The notes under the pieces are model-generated. The model was not told the DNA's origin. It worked only from the letters and a program-made list of their open reading frames with translations, and ran no database searches. This document shows, one piece after another, positions 58,361 to 64,000 of a stretch of DNA of 64,000 nt. The DNA is from the human T2T-CHM13v2.0 reference genome, Homo sapiens. The stretch lies in NCBI RefSeq assembly GCF_009914755.1, contig NC_060933.1; one strand, 5' to 3'. Each line of letters begins with the position of its first letter. Position 1 is the first letter of the stretch. A program made the position numbers and the translations under genes.

Positions 58361-59055
58361 AATTTCTATGCTGTTTACTGGGGGAAGATTTCTTTAATAT
58401 TGACGATCAAAGTTAATAGATACCCATTGCATCCAAAGTGGCAAATTGGTATCCATGCTAGCACTAGCCCAAACCCATCTATGGAAGACATCTCTGTCAG
58501 TTCTGGACCCTTTGCTATTGCACTCACAATTTGTCTCATAATTTTCCTTAAGGACTCTCCAGTACACAACTAGCAGTTCATCAGAGCAAACATATGACAC
58601 CTTTAGTTAGGTTGTTTATGATGGTATCTTTGGATAAAATTCTTCATTTGTGTCATTAACTCATGATTAATCTCCACCCACAAATGTACCTAAATAAATC
58701 TTGAGTATTTGCTATTACACCTGCCTTTGCATCTTTAATCTAAGATCAAATTTTTAGTTAAATAATAGAAGTATTTGGATGTTTAGGAGAAAAACATCAG
58801 AAAGATGTAGCCAAACATGGAACTATAGTTTTGATTTCCAATAATATGTGGCTAATCGTAAGATCACAAAGTTGATGTATATTTAGCTGTGCATACAAAG
58901 GAAAAAAATCGCCTCAAATGATAGAAAATGATATATGGATAATATTTGAGTGCCTGCATAGCTCTTAAAACTGTATAAAGACTTGTATAATCATGCACAT
59001 TCTTATAATTTAACTTAGTGTCTTTAGCATGTTAATATGTCTTCCACTGACTTAG

Positions 59056-59383
<328 letters not shown>

Positions 59384-60062
59384 TGAAACTTAAAATTCCT
59401 ATACCATATGTCTACTCCAACACCTAAAAGAATAGCAGGAGAAGTTAAGCATGCATCTCCACTGCCATTTAAACTTTTATTATTTCATTATGCATCATAT
59501 TTTTCTCTAAAATTATGAAAATTCATTTATTAGAATTAACACTAAATAAAATGCAAATTAAACCATTATAATATTAGTAATGAAAGGTTCATAAAATGCC
59601 TGGCTCCTTTTATGAGATTTAATTTTTTTCAATTTTTTTTCTATATATAGAGGAGCTGGAGAGAGAGAGTGCAAGAGAAAAACTTAACACCTAGGTTTCT
59701 TAAATAAATCCATAAATGACATATGAAGATGGCATTAATGTTATAAAAGGTGACAAGAATCATTTGATGGTAGTGTTTGATATTTTATTGCTACTACTAA
59801 CAGCTATAAATACATTGCAAAGCTCTGATAAAATGTTGCAACTTGCCTTTGAAGGTTATAGTTTTTTTTTTCTGTGTATTATTATAGTGGGGCTTGTTAA
59901 CATCACCTAATTAGTTGATCATGCTTATCTATAAACAGTATCAAGTACCTGTACAATATCATTTTTAATCACCTATTATTTTCAAGATCACAACCCACAG
60001 TTATTATAGGAAAAATGAATAGTTTAATATTAAATATTATAATGATAGAAAACAGTATTTTA

Positions 60063-60360
<298 letters not shown>

Positions 60361-62956
60361 GAAAACTGTTTTATTTTCTTGAGGCAGGTAGCAATTATTC
60401 TTTTTAATTGTTTTGTCAAAAGTAATAAATATCCAAAATAACGAATAGATGAAATAGATGAAGGATTTGAATTATTGTGTACAAATACCAGCTCTTCTCT
60501 GATGTCCTCTCAGGCAGATTCAATAGCTCTGACATCATGTGGCTATAGGAATTTATGCAGGCAACAATTTATAACACTAAATGGGTTGTATGGCAAATAT
60601 ATACGCTTATACATGTATTCACCCAATATTTTGACTTTCCTATTGGTTCAGAGACCCTTTTTTCTTTTTCTGTATTTTCAGTACTATTTAGCACATAACA
60701 TTTTCTATCTATATATGAAATAAAAACAAAAAGTAAGGTGTTTATCACACATTTGACAATAAATACAATGAAAAACAATAAAACTCTAAATCAAGCTGAC
60801 CACTATTTGCAGTTAGAATTAACCCTCAAATACCTAAATTTTGGTAAACACCATCATGATCTCAGTTCTGCAGGCATAAATGTTTAGTATTAGTTTTCAC
60901 TGTATCACCCTTTTTTCCCATTCTCCATGTGTCACTAAATTCTTCTGTACTTTCCTTTATGATGTTTGTCAAATTTGGTCTTTCCATCCTCCTGATTTTA
61001 TTTTTAGGCTTCCTAATTTAATATCAATTCTACCATATTAGGCTGGCTTAATCCTAATGTCATCTAACATCTATTTTATCCTATATCACTATTATTAAAT
61101 ATTTCACTAATCATCTATTTTACATATGTGTATTTATTTTAAAAATGTAAACATGTACTAATCAACTAGTTTGTAACACACAATCTAAATAAAAGGAAAT
61201 AATCAAAGTATGAGAAGAAAATAAATTTAAATAAATTTATTTCTCCATTAATGAATTTTAATACACACTGTATGGGAATGTAACGTATTTTATGAGATAA
61301 CTGATTTAAGTGATTGATTGCTTTTTTTTTAATTTCTCCCAGTCTCCTGTGCACTCAGCACTCCAAAATTTTCTTAAAATACTGCTTTCTGATCAGAAAT
61401 GTATAATGGTTAAGCTCAATTTAGATTATTCTCTGTGGAGATTTAAACATTTCTCTATTTAGGTTCTTCTTTGCGAATACAAATTTATTTCTTGTTTCAT
61501 GCTCCTTACCAGCACACACATATTACTTCTCTGTGTTAGTCAGCAGCTCTTTTTATTTTATTTCTCAATTGCTTTGCTCATTTTCTCCACTGTGCTTTTG
61601 CCTACATTGTCTCCACTGCCCATATCACAATACTCACACCATTCCTACCCAATCCTACATCATATCCCCTTCTTCTGATCCAGTTTTTCTCATTCTCAAA
61701 GCCTAAAGCAGTTTCTCAGAAATGTTTTCCTTAACATGTTAACAGAATTTAATTATGCTTTAAAAATAAGGGTACCTTAAGGATCTATCCCATCACAGAA
61801 GGAAATATCTTGATCATATTTTCCATAAAAAATATCTTGATCATAGTCAAAGTATAGTCAGAATACATTGACTATGGTCATAGGCCTCCCAAGCATTAAG
61901 CATACCCAGTTTAACCTACAAGCAGCAGGTGGTGATCATGTCAAGGTAGGTTTATATCTGTTATAACTAGTTACTAAATCAATGAACCTACACACTGTAG
62001 GTCCTTTGTTAATGCTTATTCTTACAGATGATAATTAATCTTCTTGGATCTATCCTTGTTTGCAACTTGATAACAACTCTAGTGGGGTGTTAAGCACTCT
62101 CAAAGTAGTATAGGCATTCTCAGTAATATGGTAATGCCAGTCACATTTCTTACTGTGAAATAAATGAACAAAGAAAATCACTGGGTGTCTGTCCAATTAT
62201 TTCTACATTCTAATGCTTTGTAGGAACGCTATCTCTTCTGAATTACTCTTAGAAGCTTTTTGCAATCTGAGGAATCCGACCATTTGTTTTTGTGGTATTT
62301 GTGACAAATATTACATTAGCCAAAATCTTGTTCTGTATACAAATGGCACCTTATAGCAAAAGCAAACTTTCTGGTATTAAAACATAATAATCTTATTCTG
62401 GAATTTAATGAGTAATTTTATTTGGAATTGGAACAGATGGGTAAAAACAGAGCAAGCAGATTCTTCTGGCTGATTGTTACATGTAACAAGGTAAAATTTT
62501 CTTCATTTCTCTGAATATTCTTTTAGTGATGAATGTCATGCCAATTGGCATAAAATTCCAGTTTTTATTTTTGAAGCTGTGGTGTTAATGTAATCATTAG
62601 TTAGGCTGCTTTCAAAAACTTAAAAACAATAATATAATTCTAGACATTTCTAAATAATTATGTTAAATAATTCCTTATGCTAATCTCATCAATCTTCTTA
62701 CTCAAGTGTCAAGACAGAAAGATCTGTGAGGCTGTTCTAAAACTTTTGGGAAACCTTCCAGGCTCTTAGCCTTGGAGTAATGCTCCTATGCACACTAGCT
62801 CAAAATAAGCATCCCTCCAGTATACCCCTGATGTCTCATGCCTTGACTATCCTTTGTTCAGCCTCTTTGATGTAAATTATCAGTGGTTTCTAGTCAGAAT
62901 ATCAGTCTTTGCCTTGTCACTGGACACTCTAGTTTTTTCTTAGAAAAATGTATTTA

Positions 62957-63558
62957 CAGTCATATGCCACACAATGATGTTGTGATCAGTGATGGACCGT
63001 ACATACTAAAATGGAGCTGAAACATTCCCATTGTCTAATGACAATGTGGCTGTCATAAAATCATTGCACAGTTACTATATTTTTCATAAATTTAGTGCAG
63101 GCTAGTGTCCAGTGTTTATAAAGTCTACTGTAGTGTGTAGTAATAACCTAGGCCTTCACATTCACTCACTGCTCCCTCACTGACACCCAGAACAACTTCC
63201 AGTCCTGCAAGCTCCATTCATGGGAAGTGCCCGGTATAGTTGTACCATTTTTTATCTTTAATATCCTATTTTTTTAATTTAATACCATATTTTTAGTATT
63301 CCCTTTTTATGTTTTGATATGTATAGATACACAAATATATACTATTGTGTTACAATTGCCTATAGCATCCAGTACAGTAACATGCTGCATAGGTGTGTGT
63401 GTAGCCTAGGAGCAATAGGCTGTACCATATAGCCTAGATGTGTAGTGGGCTATGCCATCTAGGTTTGTGTAAGTACACACTGTGATACGGCACAATAATT
63501 AAATCACCTAATGATGAATTTCTCAGAATGTGCCTTTGTTAAGCCATGCGCACAACCA
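62957..63558 (+). mobile_element. Tigger3c/MER7-type DNA transposon deletion derivative
   Basis: TA|cagtcatatgccacacaatga...ctaggccttcacattcactcac...ccagtcctgcaagctccattcatgg...tagcctaggagcaataggct...ccatctaggtttgtgtaagtacac...|TA. Confidence 0.88.
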
Positions 63559-63847
63559 TATTTAATTTTACAATTTCTTCTTTAGCCAATGTCAAAAAAA
63601 TACTCTATCTAGATCATCTTCTTGAATTTTTGCTCAGCAAAGAGATCTTTCAGTCTTTGTCCAGGATTGGTGTTGGGGCTTTAATTCAGAGGGTTTTCTA
63701 GTAGGCTAAAATGAAGTTAATAATGAACACAATATTTAAACTTTCTGTTATTTTTCTTTATTTTAGTACTAGCTTTTCAACATTATAAACAAAACTTGTG
63801 AATGTTTTATATTAGTAGATTATAAGTTCTGTTTGATGATACTACAG

Positions 63848-64000
63848 CCCAGTTGTCTTCAAAGTGTGACTTGGAACCCTATCAAGGGGTCAATGAAATT
63901 AGTGCCATTTTCATAATTATACTAAAATATTATTTTTTGTTTTTACTATCACTCTTTCACTATAGAGCAAAATTCCCCAAGAACTACATAACATATATTA
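63848..64000 (+). mobile_element. Charlie1-like hAT terminal fragment (continues off the window)
   Basis: cagttgtcttcaaagtgtg...accctatcaaggggtcaatga...attttcataattatactaaaatattattt. Confidence 0.55.

Overview
AT-rich primate (human-like) genomic DNA, either intergenic or deep intronic. It is dominated by transposable elements. I cannot support any host protein-coding exon, RNA gene or CRISPR array, and nearly every long ORF in the supplied track is LINE-1, Alu or LTR derived. The main contents are: (1) a full-length but dead L1PA3-like element (~9591-15713, minus) that keeps its 5'UTR, the YY1 site, the ~129-bp ZNF93-target segment and an extended antisense ORF0; (2) four 5'-inverted (twin-primed) L1 insertions; (3) several 5'-truncated L1PA/PB/MA copies; (4) a long ancient L1MD carrying nested FLAM, L1PA, mini-Alu and THE1 insertions; (5) nine Alu/FLAM copies; (6) solo LTRs (MER52, LTR16A, THE1C); (7) DNA transposon relics (MER20 x2, MER47A, Tigger3c, MER5, Charlie); and (8) L2/MIR remnants and microsatellites. 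I found no evidence of a new biological system. The most interesting signals are micro-evolutionary: paired G>C changes at both ORF0 splice donors that create two E-boxes, rare variants shared by two neighbouring L1s, a template-switch micro-rearrangement at an L1 hairpin, and a high local fraction of inverted L1s. Subfamily names come from remembered consensus features and need RepeatMasker/Dfam confirmation.
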